Shown here piece by piece: positions 16,129 to 24,732 of a DNA stretch of 28,766 nt (position 1 is the stretch's first letter; the number at the start of each line of letters is the position of its first letter). The stretch is from a virus (Duplodnaviria > Caudoviricetes). The stretch is from IMG/VR virus record IMGVR_UViG_3300020045_002345, positions 1-28,766 of that record; one strand, 5' to 3'. The notes beneath the pieces are model-generated. The model searched no databases. It worked only from the letters and a program-made list of their open reading frames with translations, and had not been told where the DNA came from. Made by a program: the position numbers and the translations under genes.

Positions 16129-16310
16129 GCGAATTATATACAATAGACAGAACACCTCAAACGGATTTAGAAAAATTCCAAGCATTGAGAATTGAAGCGT
16201 TAGAAAACGAACTTCAAAAACATAAAGAGTTTTTAAAAGAAATTCAACAAGCGATGGAAAACCACGCAAATCAAATCGAAGTAGTAGAACCAATAACAAT
16301 ACAATTATGA
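16125..16310 (+). CDS. Hypothetical coiled-coil protein
   Basis: 61 aa, ATGA overlaps. Confidence 0.65.
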   Translation: MSELYTIDRTPQTDLEKFQALRIEALENELQKHKEFLKEIQQAMENHANQIEVVEPITIQL

Positions 16311-17059
16311 AACCAACAATTGAAGAAGTAAAAGAGTATTTTAAAAATGCTAAAGAGGTTATGTGTTTAAGTAGAAATTCAATTAGACAAATATCAAAAA
16401 ATATTGTAGAAGAAATTAATTTTGATTTGAATTGCTATTGGATTAGAACCGAAGAAAGTGGAGGTAGTATTATGTTGTGGAGAAATGAAAAATACGCCGA
16501 AATCATATCTTACAAAGAAGAAACCCTACCAATCAAAAAAACAACACTATTACAATTAGCCGAAAACAATTCTTTCAGCGAATCTATTATAAAAAAAGAA
16601 TTTCCGCAGTTGTTTGAGAGTGGATTGGAAGTTGGGAAGTGGTATAAATATAATAATACTGATACATTAGTATATTTAGAAGACTTAGTTAAAAATAAAG
16701 GTTACGGATTTTATAATGGTAAATTCGAAAGTAGTCACGAAAAATGGGCTTTTTATTTAGATAAAGAGTGGAAACCAGCCACCGAACAAGAAGTATTTGA
16801 AGCGCTTACGAACGAGGCGGTTAAGAGAGGGTTTAAAGAGGGTGTTACAATTAAAAACCATCAAGGCACTTTTATTTTAAATGAATTAGATTTAGTAATG
16901 AGTGATGGAAAATATAACGATGGTATTTGGACACTTCAAGGTAAAGGATTATGGTTATTTATGAACGGAACTTGGTCAGAAATAATTGACCAACCAAAAG
17001 AAATCACAATATCTGAAATAGAAAAAATACTTGGATATAAAATATTAATTAAAGAGTAA
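16307..17059 (+). CDS. Hypothetical multi-module phage protein
   Basis: 250 aa; LEVGKWYK, PATEQEV..AL..EA.KRG and terminal EITISEIEKILGYKILI modules. Confidence 0.75.
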   Translation: MKPTIEEVKEYFKNAKEVMCLSRNSIRQISKNIVEEINFDLNCYWIRTEESGGSIMLWRNEKYAEIISYKEETLPIKKTTLLQLAENNSFSESIIKKEFPQLFESGLEVGKWYKYNNTDTLVYLEDLVKNKGYGFYNGKFESSHEKWAFYLDKEWKPATEQEVFEALTNEAVKRGFKEGVTIKNHQGTFILNELDLVMSDGKYNDGIWTLQGKGLWLFMNGTWSEIIDQPKEITISEIEKILGYKILIKE

Positions 17060-17062
17060 GTT

Positions 17063-17281
17063 ATGGAAGCGAAAGAGAAAGCGAAAGAGTTAATGCAAAA
17101 AGCATACGATTTAGACCAATATAATAAAACCAATAAAGATAGATGCAAACAAATTTGTTTATTATTAATTGATGAAATATTACAAATAACTCCATCAGTT
17201 TACGTAACAAAAGACGAGGAAATACATAATGGACACTATCAATATTGGAATAACGTAAAACAAGAAATACTAAACCTATGA
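17063..17281 (+). CDS. Hypothetical protein
   Basis: MEAKEKAKEL...IDEIL...YW..VKQEI pattern. Confidence 0.7.
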   Translation: MEAKEKAKELMQKAYDLDQYNKTNKDRCKQICLLLIDEILQITPSVYVTKDEEIHNGHYQYWNNVKQEILNL

Positions 17282-17406
17282 CCACAGAAAAGAAAATAGA
17301 GCGTTTTTACAACAAATCACGTGAAAGCGATGTTGAGTATTGCAAGTTTGAAAATATATCGCCAAAACTCGTTGAAACGATTAAAAATATATTGGGGTTA
17401 TGTTAA
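17278..17406 (+). CDS. 42-aa hypothetical protein (not in ORF track)
   Basis: MTTEKKIERFYNKSRESDVEYCKFENISPKLVETIKNILGLC; overlaps both neighbours. Confidence 0.55.
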   Translation: MTTEKKIERFYNKSRESDVEYCKFENISPKLVETIKNILGLC

Positions 17407-17654
17407 GCGGAACATTCACAAGAAAAGAAATATCTGAATTGCACGAATTAAGTGTAGAAACTTTAAAGTATAGAGAGAAAGTTTTAGGAATTGAGCCTAT
17501 ATTTAAAAAGCAAAAATCAAAAGCGATGCTTTATACTTTAAATCAGATTGAGCAATTAGTTAATTTTCGAAAAAGAGAGGAAGTTAAAATGCCAAAAGTA
17601 ATTTACGTAACACAGACTTTCTATATTATTGAAAGCAAAATGAATTTTTTATGA
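17400..17654 (+). CDS. Putative HTH DNA-binding protein
   Basis: FTRKEISELHELSVETLKYR resembles MerR/Xis-like HTH. Confidence 0.55.
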   Translation: MLSGTFTRKEISELHELSVETLKYREKVLGIEPIFKKQKSKAMLYTLNQIEQLVNFRKREEVKMPKVIYVTQTFYIIESKMNFL

Positions 17655-17657
17655 AAG

Positions 17658-17690
17658 TTTGTATTTAATTAATTATTTTTTGTATATTTG
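17658..17690 (+). promoter_or_regulatory. Consensus Bacteroidota promoter
   Basis: TTTG 17658-17661, 21-nt spacer, TATATTTG 17683-17690. Confidence 0.8.
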
Positions 17691-17791
17691 CTATAACGTT
17701 ACAGCATCTCAATTAAAGTAACAAGTAAAACATTATAGCCGATTATTATAAAAACGAGTTGAGATGCGTTTGAGTAATTTTCGGCATTTTT
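17691..17791 (+). promoter_or_regulatory. Structured 5' leader with loop-loop complementarity
   Basis: gcatctcaa 17704-17712 / ttgagatgc 17759-17767; gccga/tcggc stem plus T run. Confidence 0.6.
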
Positions 17792-17796
17792 ATTTT

Positions 17797-18291
17797 ATGA
17801 AAAAAGAAATTTGGAAAACAATTGAAGGGTTTGAAGATTACCAAGTAAGTAATTTTGGTAGAGTTAAGAGTTTAAACTTCAACCACACAAAAAGAGAAAA
17901 AATTTTAAAATCTTATTTAGGTAATCAAGGTTACTATGTTGTTAGCTTGTATAAAAACAAAGTTCATTCACTTAAAATGATTCATAAATTAGTTGCTATG
18001 GCTTTTTTAAATCATACTCCAGACGGTCATAAATTAGTTGTTAATCATATTAATTTTATAAAAACTGACAATAGAGTTGAAAATTTAGAAATTGTAACAC
18101 ATCGTAAAAACTCAGACAAAAAACATATTACATCATCATCAAAATATACTGGAGTAACATATTATAAAAGAGATAAAAATTGGATTTCTAGAATATGGAT
18201 AAACGGAAAATCAAAACACTTAGGTTATTTTGATAATGAATTAGAAGCAAGTAACGCATATCAATATGAATTATTAAATTTATTAAAATGA
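17797..18291 (+). CDS. NUMOD4-HNH homing endonuclease with C-terminal AP2-like domain
   Basis: EIWKTIEGFEDYQVSNFGRVKS; HKLVA..F; NHIN..KTDNRVENLE; SKYTGV...HLGYF; ATG 17797 preferred over 17764 (which lies in the leader). Confidence 0.92.
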   Translation: MKKEIWKTIEGFEDYQVSNFGRVKSLNFNHTKREKILKSYLGNQGYYVVSLYKNKVHSLKMIHKLVAMAFLNHTPDGHKLVVNHINFIKTDNRVENLEIVTHRKNSDKKHITSSSKYTGVTYYKRDKNWISRIWINGKSKHLGYFDNELEASNAYQYELLNLLK

Positions 18292-18437
18292 GACAAACAA
18301 TTTTCTTACTCGGTTGCGTAACATCCGCAATAGGTGTTATTTTAGGAGCGTTTTATGATTACCGATTCTTCGCATTGGTATTTTTAGGACTTATAGTGTG
18401 TGCGTGTATAATTAAAAAATTAGATAAAGATGAGTAA
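18288..18437 (+). CDS. 49-aa two-TM membrane protein (not in ORF track)
   Basis: MRQTIFLLGCVTSAIGVILGAFYDYRFFALVFLGLIVCACIIKKLDKDE. Confidence 0.6.
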   Translation: MRQTIFLLGCVTSAIGVILGAFYDYRFFALVFLGLIVCACIIKKLDKDE

Positions 18438-18600
18438 CGTAGATGAAATGATTGCAATTGTACAGATTTATATTCATCATAGAAAAAATAAAGAAGTACA
18501 AATACAAATTAGAAACGCAAGAGATTTAATGCTTTTAACAAGAGCGTATTCTATTGCTTTAAATTGGCTAAACAATAACGGATTTAAACAAATTGTATAA
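18430..18600 (+). CDS. 56-aa hypothetical protein (not in ORF track)
   Basis: MSNVDEMIAIVQIYIHHRKNKEV...; TAATG-coupled to 18600. Confidence 0.65.
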   Translation: MSNVDEMIAIVQIYIHHRKNKEVQIQIRNARDLMLLTRAYSIALNWLNNNGFKQIV

Positions 18601-18815
18601 TGGAACGTAGCAAAGAAATGTTTTTAAGAATGCTTGAGAGCGACTTTAACGAACTAACAGAAGCTCAAAGAAGTAGATTTACTTATATTGAAGTTCGAGA
18701 GGCTAACGAATACGAAAACAATAAAACAGACGCTAATTATCTGAAACTTTATAAGGAACAGAAAAAAGCAAAGAAAAATCTTCAAACGTATTTATTTAAC
18801 AAAAGAAACAATTAA
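18600..18815 (+). CDS. Hypothetical protein
   Basis: 71 aa upstream of recombinase. Confidence 0.7.
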   Translation: MERSKEMFLRMLESDFNELTEAQRSRFTYIEVREANEYENNKTDANYLKLYKEQKKAKKNLQTYLFNKRNN

Positions 18816-18818
18816 ATT

Positions 18819-19463
18819 ATGGAAACAAAATTAACACTTTACCAAAAGTTACACGAAATTCAAAGTCAGGTCTTAGGACTTGGAAAAGACAAAGAAAGTC
18901 TAACTTACAAGTATGTTACAGGAACTAAAGTTTTAGACCACATTAAACCATTGATGAACTCATTAGGCATTATCTTAAAACAAGAAATAATATCTATTGA
19001 TAACGAAAGACAAAACTATATCGTTGGTTTTGGAACGACTAAACAACGTGAAAAAAGCGAAATATTAACAAAGGTTATGATGCGCTTTACTTGGATTGAC
19101 GTAGATAGCGGAGATAAAGACGAAAACTTATTTGGTGCTAATGGTCAAAACGATTGGGACAAAGGCGTAGGAAGTGCTTTAACTTATGCTGAGCGTTACT
19201 TTTTATTAAAGTATTTCCACATTGCTACAGACGAAGACGACATCGACAATCCTGAGCGCAAAGCAGAGGAGTTAAAAGAGCAACAAGAAGCGGAACTTGC
19301 ACACCAAAAAGAAACCGAACGTTTGTTGCATATTGAAAACGATTTAAAATTATGTGGTACAGAAGAGGTTTTAAAAGAAACATTTTTAGCATTAACAAAA
19401 GAAGACCAAAAAATATTTAGTAAATTAGTAACGGAATTAAAAACAAAATTAACACAAAAGTAA
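18819..19463 (+). CDS. erf: ERF-family single-strand annealing protein
   Basis: LYQKL..IQ, YKY, GSALTYAERY.L...F.I.T.EDD.D motifs; adjacent to SSB. Confidence 0.88.
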   Translation: METKLTLYQKLHEIQSQVLGLGKDKESLTYKYVTGTKVLDHIKPLMNSLGIILKQEIISIDNERQNYIVGFGTTKQREKSEILTKVMMRFTWIDVDSGDKDENLFGANGQNDWDKGVGSALTYAERYFLLKYFHIATDEDDIDNPERKAEELKEQQEAELAHQKETERLLHIENDLKLCGTEEVLKETFLALTKEDQKIFSKLVTELKTKLTQK

Positions 19464-19464
19464 A

Positions 19465-19821
19465 ATGGAAGTATTAGGAAAAGTAAAATTAGTAGGTAAT
19501 AAACAACAAGTTACCACAACATTTGTAAAACGTGAATTAGTAATTACAACGGACGGACAATATCCTGAACCAATTATGATTGAGTTTGTACAAGACAAAG
19601 CAGATTTATTAAACAATGTATCTGTAGGCGAAAACGTAAAAGTTTCAATTAATTTAGGAGGGCGTGAGTGGACAAACCCTCAAGGCGAAACAAAATACTT
19701 CAACTCAATAAAAGGATGGCGTATTGAGAAAAGTGAATTATCAGATAAACAAGCAGAGGTTGCAGATAACAAACATTTTGCACCAGCTACAGAAATTGAA
19801 GATAATGGGATGCCCTTTTAA
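19465..19821 (+). CDS. ssb: DUF3127-family ssDNA-binding protein
   Basis: F.KRELV, QYP..I.IEFVQDK, GREW, YFNSI.GWRI, acidic tail ending PF. Confidence 0.85.
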   Translation: MEVLGKVKLVGNKQQVTTTFVKRELVITTDGQYPEPIMIEFVQDKADLLNNVSVGENVKVSINLGGREWTNPQGETKYFNSIKGWRIEKSELSDKQAEVADNKHFAPATEIEDNGMPF

Positions 19822-19875
19822 ATATCAAATGCTAAAACTTTTAATAGAAACATTTGAGCTTTATTAAAAAAAATG

Positions 19876-19913
19876 AAAATAACCTATAATTAATTTTGTA
19901 GGTTATTTTTTTT
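19876..19913 (+). terminator. Intrinsic terminator overlapping next promoter
   Basis: aaaataacctata...tgtaggttatttt plus T run. Confidence 0.75.
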
Positions 19914-19924
19914 GACTATATTTG
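19895..19924 (+). promoter_or_regulatory. Bacteroidota promoter for replication operon
   Basis: TTTG 19895-19898, TATATTTG 19917-19924. Confidence 0.75.
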
Positions 19925-20023
19925 TATCTGTATTGAAGTCGTGAGCAATACCAACACAAAAGATATTACACAAAAACTCATTAGAGAAGCCCTCACGACA
20001 TAGGCTGATTTAATGGGTTTTTT
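19925..20023 (+). promoter_or_regulatory. Structured 5' leader with loop-loop complementarity
   Basis: gtcgtgag 19938-19945 / ctcacgac 19992-19999, each in a hairpin loop. Confidence 0.65.
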
Positions 20024-20067
20024 GAGTTTAATTTAATAGTTTATCGGAACTTAAAACCTTTATATTT

Positions 20068-20304
20068 ATGAGTAACTTCTTTTTTATTTTTAAAGACCTA
20101 TTCTTTAAAAATCAATCCTCGACAATTAAAAAGACAGAAATGGATGGTAAGCTATTTATTGAAATTTGCTTTTACGATGGCTCTGCTGATGCTGAAAATT
20201 TGCATCATTGTTTTAATTTAGATAAAAGTACAGCAATTAGATTTGCAAAAACACTTCGAACTGAAATAAACAAAATTACAGAAAGTGAGGTAGTAAATGG
20301 ATAA
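20068..20304 (+). CDS. Hypothetical protein
   Basis: LDKSTAIRFAKTLRTEINKI C-terminus. Confidence 0.65.
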   Translation: MSNFFFIFKDLFFKNQSSTIKKTEMDGKLFIEICFYDGSADAENLHHCFNLDKSTAIRFAKTLRTEINKITESEVVNG

Positions 20305-20434
20305 TGCTATTTCAATTATAGAAAATAAAATTGTATTCCTTTCACAATATAAACACATTGAATCTTTTAAGATTAGAATATTCATATTAAAAGATGTTTT
20401 AAAAGAATTGAAAGGGGGTAAAAATGCCAATTAA
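20297..20434 (+). CDS. 45-aa hypothetical protein (not in ORF track)
   Basis: MDNAISIIENKIVFLSQYKHIESFKIRIFILKDVLKELKGGKNAN bridges neighbours. Confidence 0.55.
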   Translation: MDNAISIIENKIVFLSQYKHIESFKIRIFILKDVLKELKGGKNAN

Positions 20435-21062
20435 ACTTACTAAAAGAAAAGGATTTAATTTCTTTCGTTCGTATTACGATGTTTATAACGAACTTGAAAC
20501 CGATGCAGATAAAGTAGCTTTTATTGATGCCTTACTTGATAGACAATTCTTAGGAATAAAGCCAACAGAACTTAAAGGAATGGCAAAATTTGCATACATA
20601 AGTCAAACAAATTCTATCGATAGTCAAGTTAAAGGTTATGAAGATAAAACTGGTACTATTTTACACCCTACGCAAGGGGGTTCTGTAGGGGTTGTTTTAC
20701 CCCCTACCGAACAAGTAGAAGAGAAAGTAGAAGAGAAAGTAAAAGAGAAAAATATAACGGCTTTGCCTACTTTTAGTTTTTACCATTCTTTACTTAAATT
20801 AAGTGGTAAAGAAAATTTAGTTTCTGATTGGCTAAAGGTTAGAAAAAATAAAAAAGCTACAAACACAGAAACTGCATTTAATAAATTTATTACTCAGGTT
20901 GAAAAAAGCGGTTACTCTATAAATGAAGTATTAGAAAAGTGTATTGAAAAAAGTTGGAGCGGATTTGATAGTGATTGGTTTAAAAAAGAAACTAATAAAT
21001 CTGTAAGCAATGATTATTACATTAACGAAAACGGAGTAAAAATTAAAAAAGGAGTAATGTAA
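20424..21062 (+). CDS. Replication initiator / replisome organiser
   Basis: RKGFNFFRSYY N-domain (DUF6291-like), low-complexity linker with DNA repeats, W..VRK.KK...T C-domain; precedes primase-helicase. Confidence 0.7.
   Translation: MPIKLTKRKGFNFFRSYYDVYNELETDADKVAFIDALLDRQFLGIKPTELKGMAKFAYISQTNSIDSQVKGYEDKTGTILHPTQGGSVGVVLPPTEQVEEKVEEKVKEKNITALPTFSFYHSLLKLSGKENLVSDWLKVRKNKKATNTETAFNKFITQVEKSGYSINEVLEKCIEKSWSGFDSDWFKKETNKSVSNDYYINENGVKIKKGVM
20665..20748. repeat. Candidate replication origin repeats within initiator gene
   Basis: ccctac/gtaggg direct and inverted copies (20666, 20685, 20702), then aagtagaagaga x2 plus aagtaaaagaga (20713-20748). Confidence 0.55.
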
Positions 21063-22885
21063 TGGCAAATATTCAAAATTGGGATTTAATAGAAACAAAC
21101 AAAACCAGCGGAACTGCAAAAATAAAATGCCCTATTTGCACAGATACTCGTAAGAATAAAAACGATAAGTCTTTAATGGTTTGGTTTAATAACGGAACTG
21201 CAAAATGTTTCAACGATGGTTGTAATGCATTATTTTTTAAAGATAGTATTCAAAAATCAATTATACAATCTAACTACACGCTACCAAGTCAGGAATGGAA
21301 AAACTATACTGAACTTTCAGACGCATTAGTTAAGCATTGCGAAACCGAAAGAAAAATAAATCAATATACTTTGAAACATTTTGAAGTATCGGAAGAGAAG
21401 TATTTTCAACCAGCATTAAACAAAGAAGTAAATAACATTGTTTTTAATTATTTTGAGGGCGATGTACTTGTAAATAAAAAATATCGTTCAGGAAACAAAA
21501 AGTTTACACAATCAAAAAATGGCAAACCAATTTTTTATAATATTAATTCAATTATTGGAGAAGATGAAGCCTACATAGTCGAGGGAGAATTTGATGTATT
21601 AGCATTTTATGAGATTGGAATAAAAAATGTTATATCAATTCCGAATGGCGCAAATGATAACGATAACTATTGGTTAAACTCTGAAAAGTACATCAAAGAT
21701 ATTAAGAAATTCTTTATTGCAACCGATAACGATGAGAGCGGAAACAATGTAGCTGAAAAAATTGCGCAACGTTTAGGACGTTATAGATGTGAAAGAGTTT
21801 TATTTAATGGTAAAGATGCAAACGACGACTTAAAAAGTGGTATATTAGAAACTTCAATTTATAATAGAAAAAAATATCCAGTTTCAGGAGTTTTCACAAC
21901 AGAAGATTTACTTGAAAAGATGGTTGAACTACACGAGGCTGGTTTACCAAATTGTATTGAAGTTAAAAACAGAACTTTAAAATCATTGAATGATATTTTT
22001 AAATTGATGTTTGGTCATTTATGCATAGGAACTGGAATACCATCACACGGAAAATCAAACTTTACAGAATGGTTAGTTTTAAATTATCTTTTAGAAAACG
22101 ATTATAAAGCGAGTTTCTTTAGTCCTGAACACCAGCCTTTAGAATTACATATGAGTACGTTTGTACAAAAAGTAATTGGTAAAAATTATTTCTTTGATAT
22201 TGATGGAACGCCAAAAGTTACAAAGTTAGATATTATGGAGTTTCATAGTTGGGCAAATCAAAAATTGTATTTAACAAGTCCTGAGGCTGGAGAGTTTGCA
22301 ACTTGGGATTGGGTTTTTGATAAATTCAGAGAGCAAATTTATTCTTTTGGTATTAATATTTTTATTGTTGACGCTTGGAACAAAGTTGAATTTACTGGAA
22401 ACAAAACCGAAAGAGAAAATATAACTAAAACTCTTTCACGTCTTACTCAGTTTGCACAACAAAATAATGTTTTAATTATAGTAGTTGCGCACCCTACAAA
22501 GATGAAACGTATTGAGGGCGGTTTATATGAACAACCAACATTATACGATGTTTCAGGAAGTGCAGACTTTAGAAATCAAACACACGATGGATATTGCATT
22601 TACAGAACATTTGGAGAAGAGGCAAAGACAACCTTTGTAAATCTTAAAACAAAGTTTACATTTCAGGGCGATATAGGCGCGAGTGTAGATTTTGAATACC
22701 ATAAACCCTCAGGACGTTATTACGAAATTGGAACAGAGCCACAAACCGAAAACTTAATTCAAAGGAAACAAAAAGAACCAAGTTTAATTGAAGAGATTGC
22801 GCCTTTCCCTTTAATAGCAATGAATGAGTTAAAAGGAGTATTTGACGATATGCCTTACGATGAATCACAAGAAGTACCTTTTTGA
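21062..22885 (+). CDS. Primase-helicase (T7 gp4/Twinkle-like)
   Basis: CPIC...C Zn domain, TOPRIM VEGEFD and DND, Walker A GIPSHGKS, Walker B IVDAWN, VAHP.K, SGSADF. Confidence 0.93.
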   Translation: MANIQNWDLIETNKTSGTAKIKCPICTDTRKNKNDKSLMVWFNNGTAKCFNDGCNALFFKDSIQKSIIQSNYTLPSQEWKNYTELSDALVKHCETERKINQYTLKHFEVSEEKYFQPALNKEVNNIVFNYFEGDVLVNKKYRSGNKKFTQSKNGKPIFYNINSIIGEDEAYIVEGEFDVLAFYEIGIKNVISIPNGANDNDNYWLNSEKYIKDIKKFFIATDNDESGNNVAEKIAQRLGRYRCERVLFNGKDANDDLKSGILETSIYNRKKYPVSGVFTTEDLLEKMVELHEAGLPNCIEVKNRTLKSLNDIFKLMFGHLCIGTGIPSHGKSNFTEWLVLNYLLENDYKASFFSPEHQPLELHMSTFVQKVIGKNYFFDIDGTPKVTKLDIMEFHSWANQKLYLTSPEAGEFATWDWVFDKFREQIYSFGINIFIVDAWNKVEFTGNKTERENITKTLSRLTQFAQQNNVLIIVVAHPTKMKRIEGGLYEQPTLYDVSGSADFRNQTHDGYCIYRTFGEEAKTTFVNLKTKFTFQGDIGASVDFEYHKPSGRYYEIGTEPQTENLIQRKQKEPSLIEEIAPFPLIAMNELKGVFDDMPYDESQEVPF

Positions 22886-22886
22886 T

Positions 22887-23027
22887 ATGGAATACAATTT
22901 ATTATTAAAGCTATACGATTATCATTGCGATTTGTTTATTGCTGGTAAAATACATTATGATTATTTTATAGCAATCGAAGAGGAATATTTAAAGAGATAC
23001 AAATTATTTATTATAAACTTAAATTAA
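22887..23027 (+). CDS. Small hypothetical protein
   Basis: ORF track 22842..23027; ATG 22887 preferred. Confidence 0.55.
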   Translation: MEYNLLLKLYDYHCDLFIAGKIHYDYFIAIEEEYLKRYKLFIINLN

Positions 23028-23032
23028 TAATT

Positions 23033-23446
23033 ATGAAAATACTTGTAATTAAAACACATCGCGGATTGATGCCAGTTTACGATAGCGACCTTGAAAACTA
23101 TTCTAAAATAGCTTTAAATGAAGAGTTTGAAATAGAATACACTAAAAAGCGAAATGTTAAATTTCACAGACTTTATTTTTCTTTGCTTAAATTAGCATTT
23201 GAAAACCAACAAGATTACAGAAACTTAAACGATATGAGAAGAGATATAACAATAACTTCTGGTTACTACGATGAAATAGTAAATAAGATGACTGGAGAGG
23301 TTTACAAGGTAGCTAAATCAATTTCATTTGCGAATATGGAAAATACGGAGTTTAGCGAATTATACGAAAAAACAAAAGATACTATTTCTAAATGGTTGGG
23401 AATATCAGATGAGAATATAGAAAACGAAATAATGCAATACTTTTAA
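23033..23446 (+). CDS. DUF1367-family (NinB-like) protein
   Basis: RN.KFHR.YF.LL, KSISFANM...EF..LY motifs. Confidence 0.8.
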   Translation: MKILVIKTHRGLMPVYDSDLENYSKIALNEEFEIEYTKKRNVKFHRLYFSLLKLAFENQQDYRNLNDMRRDITITSGYYDEIVNKMTGEVYKVAKSISFANMENTEFSELYEKTKDTISKWLGISDENIENEIMQYF

Positions 23447-23448
23447 TT

Positions 23449-23634
23449 ATGAAAAAATACATTTTAAAATTAATTCAACAAGACATTGATTTAATCGAAC
23501 ATAGAATAAGAAGTTGGCATAAAAGTTTACCAAATCAAACAAATTTAGAATATGCTAGTAAACAATATAATGCTCTTCAAAATAATTTAAATAGAGCGGT
23601 TAAGTATAAAAAAATGATAGAAAATACATTATGA
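23449..23634 (+). CDS. Hypothetical protein
   Basis: 61 aa. Confidence 0.6.
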   Translation: MKKYILKLIQQDIDLIEHRIRSWHKSLPNQTNLEYASKQYNALQNNLNRAVKYKKMIENTL

Positions 23635-23720
23635 AAAAAGAACCTAACGAATTTGGATGTGCATTAATGATATTAGCTTTTTTTATTGGAATAGCACTTG
23701 TAATATTTGCAACAAAATAA
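23631..23720 (+). CDS. 29-aa single-TM peptide (not in ORF track)
   Basis: MKKEPNEFGCALMILAFFIGIALVIFATK; ATGA overlap, ends 2 nt before NinG start. Confidence 0.5.
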   Translation: MKKEPNEFGCALMILAFFIGIALVIFATK

Positions 23721-23722
23721 TT

Positions 23723-24349
23723 ATGAAACAACCTAAACAAAAGAACTGCATCGAATGTGGTAAACTATTTAACCAATACAATTCTTTAGTTAAAGTTTGT
23801 TCTACTGAGTGTGCAATAAAAAACGCTAAAGCCAAAACAAAAAAAGAAGTGGTTAAGAAATGGCAAACAGAAAAGAAAGCTATTAAAGAAAAGCTAATGA
23901 CTTTAAGTGAATGGAAAAAACTTTTAGAACCTGAGATAAATCATATTGCAAGATTAATTGATAAAGATACTGGATGCATAAGTTGTGGAGGTCATACAAC
24001 ACCAAACGGCGGACATTACCACAGTGTCAAATCAAATGATAGTATTAGATTTAATTTAGACAACATTCATTTACAAGATTACAATTGCAACGGAAAGAAA
24101 GGAGCAAACATACCAATGTACGATTTAGGTATAATAGATAGATATGGTAAAGAATATTGGGAGTATATGAAGTTTGATATAGTTAGATTATTTCCGTTGC
24201 TTAAATTGGCTAAATTTGAGTATAAAGAAAAAATACAAATTGCAAGGTCAATTGTAAAGCATTTAAAAATAGAAAACAAAACTTATAATTCAATCGAAAG
24301 AATAGAGTTAAGAAAAAAGTTTAATAAAATGATTGGAATTTATGAATAA
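23723..24349 (+). CDS. ninG: NinG/Rap-family recombination endonuclease
   Basis: CIECG...VCS.EC, CISCG, GHY, RF...NIH.Q...CN; ATG 23723 preferred over 23657. Confidence 0.85.
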   Translation: MKQPKQKNCIECGKLFNQYNSLVKVCSTECAIKNAKAKTKKEVVKKWQTEKKAIKEKLMTLSEWKKLLEPEINHIARLIDKDTGCISCGGHTTPNGGHYHSVKSNDSIRFNLDNIHLQDYNCNGKKGANIPMYDLGIIDRYGKEYWEYMKFDIVRLFPLLKLAKFEYKEKIQIARSIVKHLKIENKTYNSIERIELRKKFNKMIGIYE

Positions 24350-24479
24350 AGCAGTTAAACTAAACAAACTCGACCAACTCAAAAAAGATATAAGACAAGC
24401 GTATATTGATAGGAATTACGAAAAAGCTAAGGAGTTGGAGAAAAAGTTATTGTTTTTTGAGTATGGGATTAAAAAATAG
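24342..24479 (+). CDS. 45-aa helical hypothetical protein (not in ORF track)
   Basis: MNKAVKLNKLDQLKKDIRQAYIDRNYEKAKELEKKLLFFEYGIKK, UVR-like hairpin pattern. Confidence 0.55.
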   Translation: MNKAVKLNKLDQLKKDIRQAYIDRNYEKAKELEKKLLFFEYGIKK

Positions 24480-24484
24480 AAATT

Positions 24485-24694
24485 ATGAAAAATAAAATAT
24501 TCTTAGGATGTAACCCTTTTGGATTTACAGAATTTACAAAACAGAAGTTAGAAGAGGCTTCAAACGATTTAAAAGAAGCTACTGAAAAAGCAATTGAAAG
24601 TATAAATAATTGGAATAAAGTTAATGTAAATATTCAATCTGATGAGCCTAAAAGTAAATATATTAATAAACCTAAAAGAAATTTTAAACGATAA
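24485..24694 (+). CDS. Hypothetical protein
   Basis: 69 aa, PKSKYINKPKRNFK tail. Confidence 0.65.
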   Translation: MKNKIFLGCNPFGFTEFTKQKLEEASNDLKEATEKAIESINNWNKVNVNIQSDEPKSKYINKPKRNFKR

Positions 24695-24732
24695 CATTTT
24701 TTATATCAAAATAATTTTGTAGTTTTGTGGTT

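Noticed and set aside
20087-20111. Inverted repeat tttttaaaga/tctttaaaaa
   Set aside because: Nearly all A/T within a CDS; expected by chance
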